DNA of 64,000 nucleotides from Azolla caroliniana (lineage: Eukaryota > Plantae > Polypodiophyta), in the NCBI GenBank assembly GCA_043228905.1, contig JBHGNT010000004.1, positions 6,634,001-6,698,000 on the forward strand, read 5' to 3'. Below are positions 11,431-25,130 of this stretch, piece by piece. The translations under genes and the position numbers were made by a program. Position 1 is the first letter of the stretch; each line of letters starts with the position of its first letter. The notes under the pieces were generated by a model. The model was not told where the DNA came from. It made no database searches and worked only from the letters and a program-made list of their open reading frames with translations.

Positions 11431-14382
11431 GATCAACTTCGAAGAAAAAGTTAAGGCCCTTGCCCTCCTTTCCAGTTTGCCGACGAGTTGGGAGGTATTT
11501 TGCACTACTTTCACAACAGTTCTCCTAGGCTGACTTGAACAAGACAATCGTCCAAGTCCTCACAGAGGACATTTGACGAAAGTCGATGGGACTCACCATC
11601 GACGAGTCGATCGATTGATCGAGCCGATCGAAAGAAAAAGTCGGGTTGGAACACTAGTCGACCGAGAAAGAGGGGAGACTGATAGCGGTCAAAGTCCAGG
11701 AATAATCGACCAAGTGATTTCTGCACACACTGCAGAAAAACTAGTCACGATATTTCCGACTACTAGTCGATCAAGAGAAAGGAGAGTGGTTGACAATTCG
11801 AGCGGAACTCAGGACAATCCGACTCGAACCACTCTCCAGTTGCCGACTCCCAATCAAAAGAAATCCTCTCTAGAGGACTCGATGATCGGAGAAGTCCTCT
11901 AGAGTGTGCAAGACGCACAAACGTGGCTACTGGACTCCGGTGCCACATTTCACGTGACCTCAAATATCGAATGTTTTTCGAACTATTTGGTTGGTGCCAG
12001 CGGCATAGTCTGAGTTGCAAGTATCAAAGAGGTTCCCATCGAATTGCTGAATGGGAATACGACCACCATGCACCAAGACAAGCATGTACCCGAGCTTAAA
12101 AGGTGTCTGGTCTCCATCGGCATGTTAGCCAAAGATGGGTACCGAACGACTCTCAGTGAGTCGACATAGAAGATCAGCCAAGGCAATCTAAAAATCGGGA
12201 ACGGATACAAGTACAATAATTTGTACCCACTGATGGCAAGCAATCCAGAAGGGGTAGTGAACATAGTCAAATCGCGGGACTCGAACTTACAGCATGGCCG
12301 ACTTGGCCATATGTCTCAAGCCGGATTAGATGGGCTGATGGTGATCGACTACATCCCGAAGCTCTAGTCAAAGAAGGACTTCGGTGAGCCTTGTCGATAT
12401 GGGAAATAGACCTGAAGTCTGCACTCTCTCCACTACGAGACGATACAATAGTCCCTAGAGCTTGTGCACATAGATATATGTGGGCCTATGCCCAAGCAAT
12501 CACTAGAAGGCTCCCGGTACTTCATCACATTTGTAGATGATTGGCCACGGAAGGTTTGGGCCTACTCGATTAGGTCGAAAGACGTAGCGCTCGAGGTCTT
12601 CATTCAGCGGACAAGTGAAGTGGAGAACCGATCAGGATATAGAGTGAAGACACTTAGATCCGACAATAGAGGTGAATACACCCCCAGAGCCTTCAAACGA
12701 TACATGTCTGACAGAGAAATCCGCCACCAAACAAAAGACCATTCCATACACACCCATGCAGAATGGAGTGGCAAAACTGATCAACCGAACAATCCAAGAG
12801 AGGGTGATGGCAATGCTCCAGCAATCTAGACTGAAGCTAGAATTCTGGGCCGAGGCACTGTAGACAGCAGTCTATCTAATAAATCTATCACCGTTGAGGG
12901 CAATGCAACTCAAAGTGCCACATGCACTATGGTCAGGCAAAGAGCCGACCTATGACATACTTTGTATATTCAGATGTGAAGCCTATGCTTTTATCCCCAA
13001 GGAGAAAAGGACCAAGTTGGTGCCCTAGCAACAAAGTGTATATTTCTCTATTATGGAACCGATGTGGAATTTGGCTACAGGGTTGTGGGACCTAGAGAAT
13101 TGGAAATTGATCCGAACTAGTGACGTAGTCTTCAATGAAGACTCGATTCTCTTTGAGAGGAAGCAGCAGAAAATAGTTTGTAAAAAGGTCTCCTTCGATA
13201 CCGACAGAAATATCGTAGAAGGAACGACCCACTGGGCCAAATTGGAGATTCGACAAACAATCGAAATCGACTGAGCCAATGACACCCCTGCCGACTCCGA
13301 ATCGGCAAGAGGTCCACTAGTCGAAATTGATTCGACAAAGAGATTCCCAAGAGCCAAAAAGGACAAAGTTAAACCGACCAAGGCAAATGCCACTTTGTCA
13401 ATCAATCCCGAAATAGGGGACGATGACTCGACATCGCCGAAATCCTATTACAGGGGCGAGTCATCCAACAAGACTTCTGAAGACGGTTCAAATAACACTG
13501 GTCGGCCGACCGAGCCGACTGAAGTAATCAAACAAACAAAATCGGCAGCCAAGAGATCCAGACGAGTCAAAAGGCCGACAAAGTTTTATCAATCGGGCCT
13601 CGACTACGTTAACTTCATGGATAGAAGAGAATTGAGCTCCTACGAGGAAGCCATAACCACACCGGACGCCGATACATGGCTACAAGAGATGAAATTCGAG
13701 ATGGACTCGATTCATCAGAATCAGACATGGGAGCTAGTTGAATTATCAGCTGGAAGGAAGTCCTTGCCCTGGAAATGGGTCTTCAGATACAAATATGTAT
13801 CCGACTCAAAGAAGCCCAAATACAAAGCTCGGCTCGTCGAAAAGGGATTCATACAAGAACATGGGATCGATTACGACGAGATATTCTCACGAGTAATCAA
13901 GATGACCACCCTTCGGCTCCTACTCGAGGTAGTGGGGAATGAAGATCAAGAGCTCGAGCAGGTGGACGTCAAGACGACATTCCTACACAGACACTTGGAA
14001 GAAGACATCTATATATCTCAACTGGCAAGCTTCACGGCGATGGGGGAGGAAAGTCACCTCGTATGTCGATTGAAGAAAAGCATTTACGGCTTAAACAAGC
14101 CTCGAGAATGTGGTATCAAAAATTTGATACTTACATCCGACAACTTGGCTACCGCCGACCCGACTCTGACCCATGTATGTATGATCGGCAACTGGCTAAC
14201 GAGTCTCGGATCTACCTGATCCTATATGTTGACAATATGTTGATTGTGGAGGCTTCACGACAAGTTCGTGATGAAGGAACTCCGACCAACCCGACACATA
14301 CTGGGCATGAGGATCGGGCGAAATCCGAAGACAAAGACTCTCCGACTCCTAATCTGACTACATCCGAAAGGTGATGAGACGC

Positions 14383-17300
14383 TGTCGCGTTGTTACGCGC
14401 GTGCGTGTAGAAGGGGGTGGGACCACGGGGGTCTCGGACGAGAGAGCGACGGAGTATGGAAGGTCAAGCCTTACTTCTTCTCGCGACCGGCCAAGACACC
14501 AATTAGAGCATTTCCGGATACGTATAGGGAGCAACCGTATGGGAGAGGGAAAAGGGCGCGCACGCAACACTTACTAGGCACACACATCCTATGTACAGAA
14601 ACCAGAAAGAAGGAACTCCAAAGACACCGACAAAGACACAGATGCACATAACTTCACTATATATATATATATGTATGTACAAGAGAAAGATACAACTCCG
14701 GCTCCGAGCCGGACTGAGGTAGGCTAGGTCACAACAGTAGTCTGCCGCCAAGCCGCCATCGGGGAGCTCTCGAGCTTGTCGCGCCGAGCGGGGTCTTGCA
14801 CAAGAGGCCGAGCAGAAGTAAGGCCCCACAGAACATCTAAGCTCTTCACCGGCCTAAAACCCTAAACAAACACGAAGAAGAAGACCTCAAAGAACTCTAA
14901 AGTAAGAAGAAGAAGAACTAACACACCTTCGACCTAAGTGGTATACCCTCCTAACTCAAAATGGGCAACCCCTTCACAAGAGGTGCTCCCTTCCTTTTAT
15001 AGAACAAGGAGAGGGATGCGTTACAATGTGGGATAAATACTTCCCCTTATTCTATACACCGTTTCCTACTATACATGTGCACACGTTGCATACCACTGAC
15101 TCGACCTATTTCACCCCGGTTTCACACTATAGCCGGAATCCTTCACAACATCCGCCCCCACCAAACCGCACATCCACCGGTACGTGCCAAGTTTAGAAAA
15201 GGGGAGAGATTCCGACCAGTGAGACCCGGTCTTCCGTAATCCACATTCCGGCTGCTGCGTTGGCCTCGTCGGTATGAACCGTCGGCTCCGGTTCCTCCTC
15301 GTGCTTGCCTCTTCGTAGGCTCACTCGACTCGTCGATAGGTCCCTGCTGCGATCCCGTAGTGCGAGTGCTTCCCCGTTGGCCCTTTTCTTGACCGTATGC
15401 ACGCCCCTTGTTCCTTCGGTTACGCGGTATTCTCCGTCCGAGGAGCACCCGTGATGGCCTGCTTGGCCTCTGTCGACCTTCGCGTCGTCCCAGTTCTCAT
15501 CCTGCGCCGATCTCCATCGCCTTCATCCCCTTTGCCGCCACCTTCCATTACCCTCGGTCTCACGTTGCCACGTCGGCCAAACAACCGCGATTTGCGGGCA
15601 GGTATGAAGGATCCTTCTCGGGCCTCCGTTTTGTTGGGTCATCGACTCTCGTACCAAGCGCGTCCGATCTTTGTCTTGCCGACTCTGCCGATCGGGTCCG
15701 TATCCGATTCGTGGCCACCTCACCGGCCTCATACCTCCTTTTGCTCTGCTTTTCGTTGTCCTATCACGTTCACCTACCGCCATTGTCCCTTCCTATAGGA
15801 CACGCCGGCACTCCAGCTGACCGCCAGATCGGTGTGAGGATCTTCGTGGGACCTCCCCTTCTGCCTTCGGTTGCTTGGCTTGCCACCGCCACCGCTCCTT
15901 ACTCTAGGTCTCATGCCGGCTCTCGGGCCGACCGCCGGAGTGTCTAGAACCGGTGTGTGTAAGGTCGTGGCAGCACCGCTTGCCATTTTCTTCCGTCCTC
16001 TTCTGTTGGCCAGGTTCACCTGCCGCCACCGATCTCTCGTATAGGACTCACGCCGGCACTCGGGCCGACCGTCGGATCGGTGTGAGGATCTCCGTAGACC
16101 GCCCATCCGCAATCCTTTGCCTTCCGCCCCTTCGGCGTCACCGTTCGTCACTCTAGGTCTCACGCCGGCTCTCGGGCCAACCGCTGGAGTCTCTAGAACC
16201 TGTGTGAAGGATCCTCCTCGGGCTCGTCGTATCTCGGACCCTTATCCCGAGTCTTCTTTCTCCGCAAGTCAAGAGGGTGGCTCGCTCCACACCCTCTCCC
16301 GTGGTACCAACGTACCGTGTCCCTCGGCCTCTCCGTAGGCCTACCACTTCCTCCCTTCTGGATCGGTTATTCGGTAGTCCGCTCCGCCTGGTTCTCGTCC
16401 GGGTCCGTCTGTATCTGGATTGTCGGGTCCCGTTCTCCTACCGCCACCGTCAGTATCTTGGTCTTACATCGGGTCTGATGCCGACCGCCACAGTCTCTAG
16501 CCTGGTGTGAGGTGACCCATAGGACCGGTCTTCGCTCTTCGTTTTGTCCCTTGTACTTTTACCGGATTCGTCATCACTCGCCTTGCTGTGTTCCCGCCTC
16601 CATCTTCCATCTCTTTTGGTCTCATGTTGCCATGTTGGCTCAAACTACCGAAGTCTCCGGTCAAGATGTGGGGACACCAATTTCGTAACGGCTCGCGACG
16701 ACTCTGTCAGGGCCACCGACCCTTTTAGTGGTGTCGGTGGATAGCATCCGCTTTGTGATCAATCAAGCCCCGCATAGGCTTCATTCTCCAATGTTCGGAG
16801 TTTCAGCTCCGATGTCGATCCTGCCGGACGCGTCCCGAACCCTTGATCACCTTCCTTTTGATTCCCGACCTTCGCCCGGTCGGTCTTCCTCCCCATGTAA
16901 AAGAGGGCGGCTCGTTCCACACCCTCTCCTATATCAGTCCCCTCATGCCGATTCTGGCCTCGGTCGAACAATCCACGACCGGATCGCGCTCCATCTGAAT
17001 CGGAGCGCCGCGCGGTTCGGTCCCCGGTCGGGTTGTTTCTTGGTCTCTGCGTCAACCTTCTCGCGGGCCATTTCCCATCCATCTTCGCTGGCATCGTGCC
17101 AGGACTCCTTGATATAGTCATCCATGTCCTCGGTCTCACATGGGCACAAGGACTCGAATGCCGAGTTCTCCGAAATCGATCCCGAGGGCTCTTGTTCGTT
17201 CCTTCCCCATATCGTCTCGCCGGTGATTCTTGGTCTCACGCCACCTCCTTCCTCCTCTTGGGACTCACGTGGGCACTCGGGCCCGACTGCCATCGTGCCC

Positions 17301-18632
17301 GAAACCGCCGGTCCCAGTGTTCCGATTCTGCAATCTGTATCCCGGTCTTGTTCTCGGTCGTTCTATCTCCGCAAGTCGAGAAGGCGTTTATTTCCACACC
17401 CTCTCCTGGGGTACCGTGGTACCGATCTTCTACCATCTCGTGGGGCAAGTTCGTCTCCTTGGAGTCGGCTCGCGGGCTCGATCTTTCCTCTTCCTCGAGA
17501 GCTGTGTACGCCTCCGCAATCCTGGCCCTAAAGCCAAGCCTTGCCGACTCTCTTTGCCGTTCAACCTCTTCCCGCTGTGATGGACGACGACGACCGGATA
17601 GAAGAACTCCAGCCTCAACTCCTCATCTACGTCTCGCTGCCCCATTTCCGCGTTGTAGGCTTCCAAGTAGAATGGGACCTTGTCCCCTTTGAAACGGCCG
17701 ACTCTTTCGACCACTCGCTCAACCGCTTGCTGCGCCGACCCTCGTCTTGTTGTTGCTCGTCCGAACACCCTCACCGCTTCGACAAAAAGTTGCTAGAAGT
17801 CATCTTCTTCCAACTCCATTCTCCCTTGCCGCTCTTCACGTTGGGTTCACCAAATATGTCGCGTTGTTATGCGCGTGTGTGTAGAAGGGGGCGGGACCAC
17901 GGGGTTCTCGGACGAGAGAGAGACGGAGTATGGAAGGTCGAGCCTTACATCTTCCCGCGACCGGCCAAGACACAAACTAGAGCGTTTCCGGATACGTACA
18001 GGGAGCAACCGTATGGGAGAGGGAAAAGGGCGCGCATGCAACACTTACTAGGCACACACATCCTATGTACAGAAACCAGAAAGAAGGAACTCCAAAGACA
18101 CCGACAAAGACACAGATGCACATAACTTCACTATATATATATATATGTATGTACAAGAGAAAGATACAACTCCGGCTCCGAGCCGGACTGAGGTAGGCTA
18201 GGTCACAACAGCAGTCTGCCGCCAAGCCGCCAAGCCGCCGTCGGGGAGCTCTTGGGCTCGTTGCGTCGAGCGGGGTCTTGCACAGGAGGCCGAGCAGAAG
18301 TAAGCCTCCACAGAACATCCAAGCTCTTCACCGGCCTAAAACCCTAAACAAACAAGAAGAAGAAGACCTCAAAGAACTCTAAAGTAAGAAGAAGAAGAAC
18401 TAACACACCTTCGACCTAAGTGGTATACCCTCCTAACTCAAAATGGGCAACCCCTTCACAAGAGGCGCTCCGTTCCTTTTATAGAACAAGGAGAGGGATG
18501 CATTACAATGTGGGATAAATACTCCCATATATTCTATACGCCGTTTCCTACTATACATGTGCACACGTTGCATACCACCGACTCGCCCTATTTCACCCCA
18601 GTTTCACACTATAGCCGGAATTCTTCATGACA
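14383..18632 (-). mobile_element. non-autonomous Ty3-type LTR element B1 (tRNA-Trp PBS, gag stub, no pol)
   Basis: Highly similar LTRs 14383-15150 and 17857-18632; 4-bp TSD ACGC; minus-strand PBS TGGTGAACCCAACGTGA at 17836-17852; PPT-like GGTGGGGGCGGA at 15151-15162; gag stub VERVGRFKGDKVPFYLEAYNAEM. Confidence 0.92.
15780..16520 (-). repeat. GC-rich internal tandem repeats (~110-130 bp units) of element B1
   Basis: About 5 copies of a CTCACGCCGGC(A/T)CTCGGGCCGACCGCCGGA core; the same array lies at 24380-25130. Confidence 0.8.
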
Positions 18633-18673
18633 ACGCTTCAACATGGAGAACATGAAGCCAACACCAACACCGT

Positions 18674-20710
18674 TGTCATGAAGAATGTGCTTCACGATAT
18701 AAAAATGAGCTTAAACATTGCATTTAGTAGTATTTGAGAGATTTGAACCCACACCCTTATATACGAAGTATAATAACATACCACTAGGCTAAGTTATTTA
18801 TTTTTCAAAGTATTGTAAAAAATACTTATACATGCTCATGATATAAGAATGAGACTTGAACCCTCAAAGTTATAAAGTAGCCTATGATATCATATCATAA
18901 AATCTAAATTTGGAAATTCAGGGCGAGAGACATGAAAGAAAAAGTAAAGTTGTGTCATGATTCATGTAGAGCAGACAAGAGCGACCGCATGGATCAGAAA
19001 GCTCATATCTTCCTCGTATGATATCGGATTTTAGAGTTCAAAAAGGTGAATCAGACCTAATGAAGCAGCATATGATATGATATCATAAAATCTAAAATTT
19101 AAAATTCAGGGTGAGAGACATGAAAGAAAAAGTAAAGTTGTGTCACGATTCAGGTAGAGACAGACTATAGCAACCACATGCGTCAAAAAGCTCATATCTT
19201 CTTCGTATGATATCGGATTTCAGAGTTCAAAATAGGTGAATCAAAGCTAATGAAATAGACTATGATATGACATCATAAATTTGGAAATTCAGGGTGAGAG
19301 ACATGAAAGAAAAAGTAAAGTTGTGTCATGATTCAGGTAGAGACAGACTATAGCAACCGCATGCATCAGAAAGCTCATATCTTCCTCGTATGATATCGGA
19401 TTTCAGAGTTCAAATAGGTGAATCAAAGCTAATGAAGTAACGTATGATATGCTATCATAAATTTGGAAATTTTGGCGAGAGACATGGAAGAAAAAGTAAA
19501 GTTGTGTCACAATTCTGGTAGAGGCAAACAAGAGCGACTGCATGCATCAGCAAGCTCATATCTTCTTTGTATGATATCGAATTTTAGAGTTCAAATAGGT
19601 GAAACAAAGCTAACAAAGTAGCCTATGATATGATATGATAAAATCTAAATTTTGAAATTAAGGGCGATAGACATGAAAGAAAAAGTAAAGTTGTGTCACA
19701 ATTCTGGTAGAGGCAAACAAGAGCGACTGCATGCATCAGCAAGCTCATATCTTCTTCGTATGATATCGAATTTTAGAGTTCAAATAGGTGAAACAAAGCT
19801 AACAAAGTAGCCTATGATATGATATGATAAAATCTAAATTTTGAAATTAAGGGCGATAGACATGAAAGAAAAATTAAAGTTGTGTCACAATTCTGGTAGA
19901 GGCAAACAAGAGCGACTGCATGCATCAGCAAGCTCATATCTTCTTCGTATGATATCGAATTTTAGAGTTCAAATAGGTGAAACAAAGCTAACAAAGTAGC
20001 CTATGATATGATATGATAAAATCTAAATTTTGAAATTAAGGGCGACAGACATGAAAGAAAAAGTAAAGTTGTGTCACAATTCTGGTAGACACCGACAAGA
20101 GCGACGACATGCTTCAAAAAGCTCATATTTTCTTATTTGTATGATATCGGATTTTAGAGTTCAAAACCGTGTATACAAAGCACAAGGTATACACCACTAA
20201 GCTAGGTTTTTTTTTTTTTAATATATATTTCCATCACTGTACTTATCCTATATCTATTTTCATACACGAGAGCTCAAATGAGCATGATGGCTATCATGCA
20301 TCACATGTAATGCATGTGTGTTAAATGGCGATCATGCATCACATGAAAGTCATGCATTGCATGCATGCCATCCTCCCACACATTACCATATGCATGACAA
20401 TACTTATATAAAGAGGGGCAAGGAAAATAAGAGGGGAATGAAGAGAAAGTAAGAAATCAAATAATTTATCAAGCAAGGAAGCTAGCTCATTTGGGGAAGT
20501 GTCTTTTCTCTCGGTGTTGAAGTTGAGGGTTCAAATCAAGAGTCGGTAGAGAAAGGTTTCATCTTGCTATCAAGCATTGTAAAGTCACTAAAATCTTTTT
20601 TCGCTATATGCCAACTGACTTGTAAATATAACTTTAGATTAAAATTGTAATCTAGGTTTATGGGGGAGATAACCCCTTACCATTATATGTAGATAAAGTC
20701 GTCCTTTTAC
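18674..20710 (+). repeat. Ty3-type LTR (same family as 3755) inserted in copia 2 RT, carrying a satellite array; 3' end truncated
   Basis: TGTCATGAAGAATGTGCTTCACG start, left flank CCGT; colinear with 3755-4200 on both sides of the array; TATATAAA near 20405. Confidence 0.75.
18872..20166. repeat. tandem satellite, ~7 copies of a 181-189 bp unit
   Basis: Anchor GACATG(A/G)AAGAAAAA at 18929, 19117, 19300, 19481, 19670, 19859 and 20048. Confidence 0.95.
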
Positions 20711-21722
20711 AGGGGAGTTTGTTGGCATCAAAGGCCGACTCCTTCCACTTTGTATCTTTAGTGTGAACACATCTTGGAGTTAGGGCTTGAGTATATAAGC
20801 TCAACCCTAACATTGTAAGGATAATGTTCTTGAATCTCGGAGTGTAAGAGTTACAGAGAGAAAGAAAAGAAGAACTTATGTTGAAGCTCGAATATGTGTC
20901 TAAGCTTCTGTTTCTCCTCTTCTCACGCATCTGTGTTGTTTGTTGTTCATATCAATGCAAGTCCTCATATATTCTTCCATGCATATCTATACATATACTC
21001 TTCCACACTATCGAGAATCGTGACCGGCCACAATTGGCTTCTCGTTCTGATGTTTGGGCGCATGGAACATTGTCGTGGAGAAAACCGTCCCTAGGACGAA
21101 TTGGTGGATGGTGTGCGTGAACCGGCCCTTACTCACGGGCACATGTTTTGATATATTTACATACATAGTTAAGTACAAGCCGGCGATGTAATTATCCTAG
21201 GTAGCACTAATTCATTAAGTAGGGAATCGAAGAGGATCTCTGTCCGAAAGGACAGAGAATAACAGCTTGTAAACGGCTCTCTCCTGGTGCTATAAAAGGA
21301 GAGGAAAAGGGCCTGACTAGGGATCGCGCGTTTTGAGAGGACGAAATGCTGCCAGATTGGGAACCGAGCTCTCTCCTCCACCATCGTTGTTGTTTCTTCA
21401 GGGATTTTGGGTTAGGTTGGTAGCCTCTGCTGCATGAAAGCCCGCTTGCTTCCGTTAGAGGCTCCACCACGTATTTCAGTACGTGTGTTTGTCTGTCTCC
21501 AGCTTGGCGATTGTAACATTGCAAGCTCTGTAACCTATACTATTATTGGAATTGATTCTTTCGTTTTTATCTGTTTGAGTTTTTGCGAATCTCTCTTCCT
21601 CTTCTCTCTTGCACTCAGTTCAGGGCCCCTGCGGTTCTGCCTTATTTCATACGCATGAGCGTAACAACACGACATTTAAATTGGTGAACCTGACGTGAAA
21701 TAAGGTGGCAGAGGAATAAGAA

Positions 21723-22723
21723 ATGAGGGGATCAGAGCTTGCTGAAGCCATGGCGGCAGCAGTTGATCAGATAGTCAGTGCTCGCGAGGGCATAGGCGCC
21801 CTTGATAGGGCCATCGAAGCAATTGTTGGAACAATAGGCCGGTTCGATGGGAAGGACGCCACGAGTTATTTGGTGGCCTACCTGGCCGAAATGGTGATGA
21901 GGGACATCCCGGAGGAGAGGTGTCTGGCCGGGTTCCCTCGGGTAGCGACACCGGGCATGCACACAGAGGTGCTCAAGGTGCAGGCTGGATGCCGGACCTG
22001 GGGGGAATTTGAAGCTCGGCTCCTCGAATGGTACGGGCTTGATGACATGCTTCGGTTATCGAAGTGGGACTTTATGGATTGGGTGGAGACCCCAAAAAAG
22101 GGGAGGAATGCGTTGGCACTCCTCTGGGAGTTTGAGGAACGCTTCACACGCCTCTCAACACTGGACATGACCGTACTAGACACAAGCCGTGTTCTTTTAT
22201 TTGTCAAAGTTGTGGACGTGTGGGATCGGGAGCAAGTGGGTCTCCTGTTGGAGACAGACGATGGGCTGACGGCCGACTGGGTCGTGGTAAAAGGGGTCTA
22301 CGGCCGTTTCGACAAACTGTGTGAGTGGGTTGACAAAGACTCGTGGGGGGAGGAGCGGTTGTGGCAAGAAACCTCGAGGGACCCCCGTCGGCGCGTAAGG
22401 AGGAAACCCGAGATTGGCTTGAGACAGGTTTGTCTGACGTGGTCAAGGGGCCATCCAGCAGAGTGGCTCTGGAAGAACTGACGCAGATGGTGCGAGACCT
22501 CCAGATCGCACAAGCGAGGAGGGACGACGGCGAGCAGCCTCGTGACCAAAGGCCTCGGGGTGGACATCAATGCTTGTGGTATGACGCGGTTGGTCACGTT
22601 CGGAAGGACTGCGTGGACTTCGCAAAAGCAATAAGGGCTAATGTGGTGTACCTATGGAACGGGAGGGTGCTGAATATCGGACGGGGAGGAATGAAGAGTT
22701 TGATGGAAGAAGTAGCAGCCCAC
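21723..22723 (+). pseudogene. gag: gag of element A (frameshifted, with CCHC-like knuckle)
   Basis: Follows the PBS; IGRFDGKDATSYL motif shared with the B1 and C gag stubs; CLWYDAVGHVRKDC in the overlapping ORF 22343-22798. Confidence 0.8.
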
Positions 22724-23462
22724 TGTCGCGTTGTTACGTGCATGCGTGTAGAAGGGCGGGACCACGGGGGTCTTGGACTAGGGAGTGACGGAGCGTAGGA
22801 AGTCGTGATTCACCATTTTCGGGACGCCGGAAACAACTGAAAGGAGGGAGAGAAGAACACGCGCGCACCCCTAGCCGACACACGCACACACACAGTGCCG
22901 ACCCCACACACGCTTATGTACAGAAACAGAAGTAAGGAAACACTAAAACACCCACGCAGACACCAAAAACACAAAATCTTCCATAAGTGTATTTACAAAA
23001 AGCAAGATACAATAGTCGTCTACTGCCAAGCCGCCGGTCGGGGAGCTCACGGGCTCGTCGGGCCGAGCGGTGTCTTGCACAGCAGACAGGGCAGATCCGG
23101 AGCCTGCAGGTATCAAGCTAGACTCATAGAGTGACGAAGAAGAAGCAGACGAGGAGAAGAAGAAGAAGAAGAAAAACCCTAAAACAAGAGAGAAAGAGGA
23201 ACAGAGAACGTCTCTTCATCTAACGGTATACCCTACTAATACAAAATGGGCAACCCTTCTACAAGGGACCATCCCTTCCTTTTATAGAACAAGGAGAGGG
23301 ATGCGTTACAATGTGGGATAAATCCCGATTTACATGGGATTCTTCGTCCCGACTTAACTCCTATTATTCACACAATTATACGAGGGTGAGTGCACATGGT
23401 GCACCCCGCCGATGTAGCCAATATTTCCCGGTTTCCGCCTCTGGCCGAAATTCTTCACGACA
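22724..23462 (-). repeat. B-family 3' LTR inserted in the gag of element A
   Basis: TGTCGCGTTGTTACG...TTCTTCACGACA, related to the B1 LTRs, followed by the same PPT complement TCCGCCCCCACC. Confidence 0.88.
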
Positions 23463-24379
23463 TCCGCCCCCACCAAACCGCACGTCCACCGGGACGTGCC
23501 AAATCCGGTGAAGGGTGAGAGATTTCGGCCGGTGAGAAACCGGTCTTCCGTAATCCGCATCCCAGCTCGCTACCGGTTTGAACTGTCGGCTTCGGTTCTT
23601 CCTTCGTGCTTACCTCCCCGTAGGCTCGTTCGACCCGCCGATGGGTCCTTTGCCGCGATCTCCGTAGTACGCGTACTTCCGCTGGCCCTTGTTTGGCCGC
23701 ATGCACGCCCCGCTCTCCGCCGTATGCCCGATGTCCTCCGCTTGAGGAACGCCCGTAGTGGCCCGCTTGGCCTCCGTTGACCATTCGCTCGTCGTTTGGC
23801 GCTGCCTGTGTCGCACTCTGGTTCTTTGCAATCCTTGTCGGCCCCTTTCCCGGTCAGATCGTGGATCGCCGCTCATCTGCATACCGGTGTCCTCCGCATC
23901 CGAGGAACACCCCGTAGTAGCTTGCTTGGCCCTTTCCGTCTTGCGCTGCTGCAACAGGTCCTAAGTCTTCCGCTTGCCGTCGTCCCTTCGCCCCCACCAG
24001 CTTGTTATCCTGGGCTTGCCATGTCAATCTTCATTACTCTCACTGTCTGGCCGAGATCTACAAAGCGGGTGTGGAGGATCCTCCTCCGAACTCCCTTGTC
24101 ATCCCTTGACTTCGACCCTGTGCAGTCCACTATGCACCCGTCACGTCGTTCCCGGCACCTCCCTTGTGCCGTCTTCCGCTTCCTTTGTTCGGCACCGACC
24201 GTGCCGAACACTGTCCCGTAGTCACGCTTCGATCCGGCCCACGATGACCACTTGCGAGACTCTGGTTCCGTCCCAGGTGTGCCTTTCCGGCCCGACACAC
24301 CTCCCCGTGTTTGGCCCTACTGGCTCCTTCCGAAACCGTAACCAGCTTGATACCTTCCTTCTCCGCTTCCGTCTTCCGA

Positions 24380-25130
24380 TCACGTTCACCTGCCGCCACT
24401 GACCTCTCCTATAGGACTCACGCCAGCACTCGGGCTGACCGCCGGATCGGTGTGAGGATCTTCGTGGGACCTCGGTTTGCCCGCCTTGCCTCCACCACCG
24501 GTCGTCGCTCTAGGCCTCGCGCCGGCACTCAGGCCAACCGCCGGAGCCTCTAGGGCCGGTGTGTGTAAGGTCGTGGCACTGCCACTTGTCTCCTCCGTCC
24601 TCCGCATCGGCCTCTTCGGCTGGTCGCGTTCACCTGCCGCCACCGTCCTTTTCCTATAGGACTCACACCATCACTCGGGTCGACAGCTGGATCAGTGTGA
24701 GGATCTTCGCAAAACCGCCCATCTGTAGTTCTTTGCCTTCGTCCCCTCGTCGCCACCGATCATCATTCTAGGTCTCACACCGGCTCTCAGGCCGACCGCC
24801 GGAGTCTCCGGATCCGGTGTGAAGGATCCTCCTCAAGCTCGTCGTATCTCTGACCCTTACCTTGGGTCTTCCTTCCTTCGCAAGCCGAGAGGGTGGCTCG
24901 CGCCACACCCTCTCTCGTGGTACTGACGTACCGTGTTCTCGGCCTCTTCGTAGGCCTGCTCTCTTCCTCCCTCCCGAAATGGTTATCCAGGAGTCCGCTC
25001 CGCTCGGTTCTCGTCCGGGTCCGTTTGTCATTCTCCGGATTGCCGGGTCCCGTTCTCCTGTCGCCACTGACCTCTGCTATAGGACTCACGCCGGCACTCG
25101 GGCCGACAGCCGGATGGGTGTGAAGATCTC
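24380..25130 (-). repeat. GC-rich tandem repeats (EDPHTDPAVxPSAGVSPI on the minus strand)
   Basis: About 5 copies, homologous to 15780-16520. Confidence 0.8.

Larger units (their letters stand above)
11430..21007 (+). mobile_element. degenerate Ty1/copia element 2 (5' end lost), interrupted by two insertions; PPT and 3' LTR at 20711-21007
   Basis: WLLDSGATFHVT (~11925), HIDICGP integrase (12464), YTPMQNGVA, KYKARLV and QVDVKTTFLH RT. The frame IRKVMRR|FNMENMKPTPTP is continuous across the 14383-18632 insertion. AGGGGAGTT-TGTTGG at 20711-20725 and TTCCACA at 21007. Confidence 0.75.

Noticed and set aside
15143-17700. Many overlapping ORFs on both strands (also 23300-25500)
   Set aside because: Expected in GC-rich repetitive DNA with few stop codons; no domain motifs except the gag stub.
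18872-20166. CRISPR-like array
   Set aside because: Whole units repeat with no unique spacers, there are no cas genes, and the context is eukaryotic.
21040-21070. TSD for copia element 3
   Set aside because: The left flank near 21043-21050 does not match CACAC at 42210, so the left boundary stays tentative.
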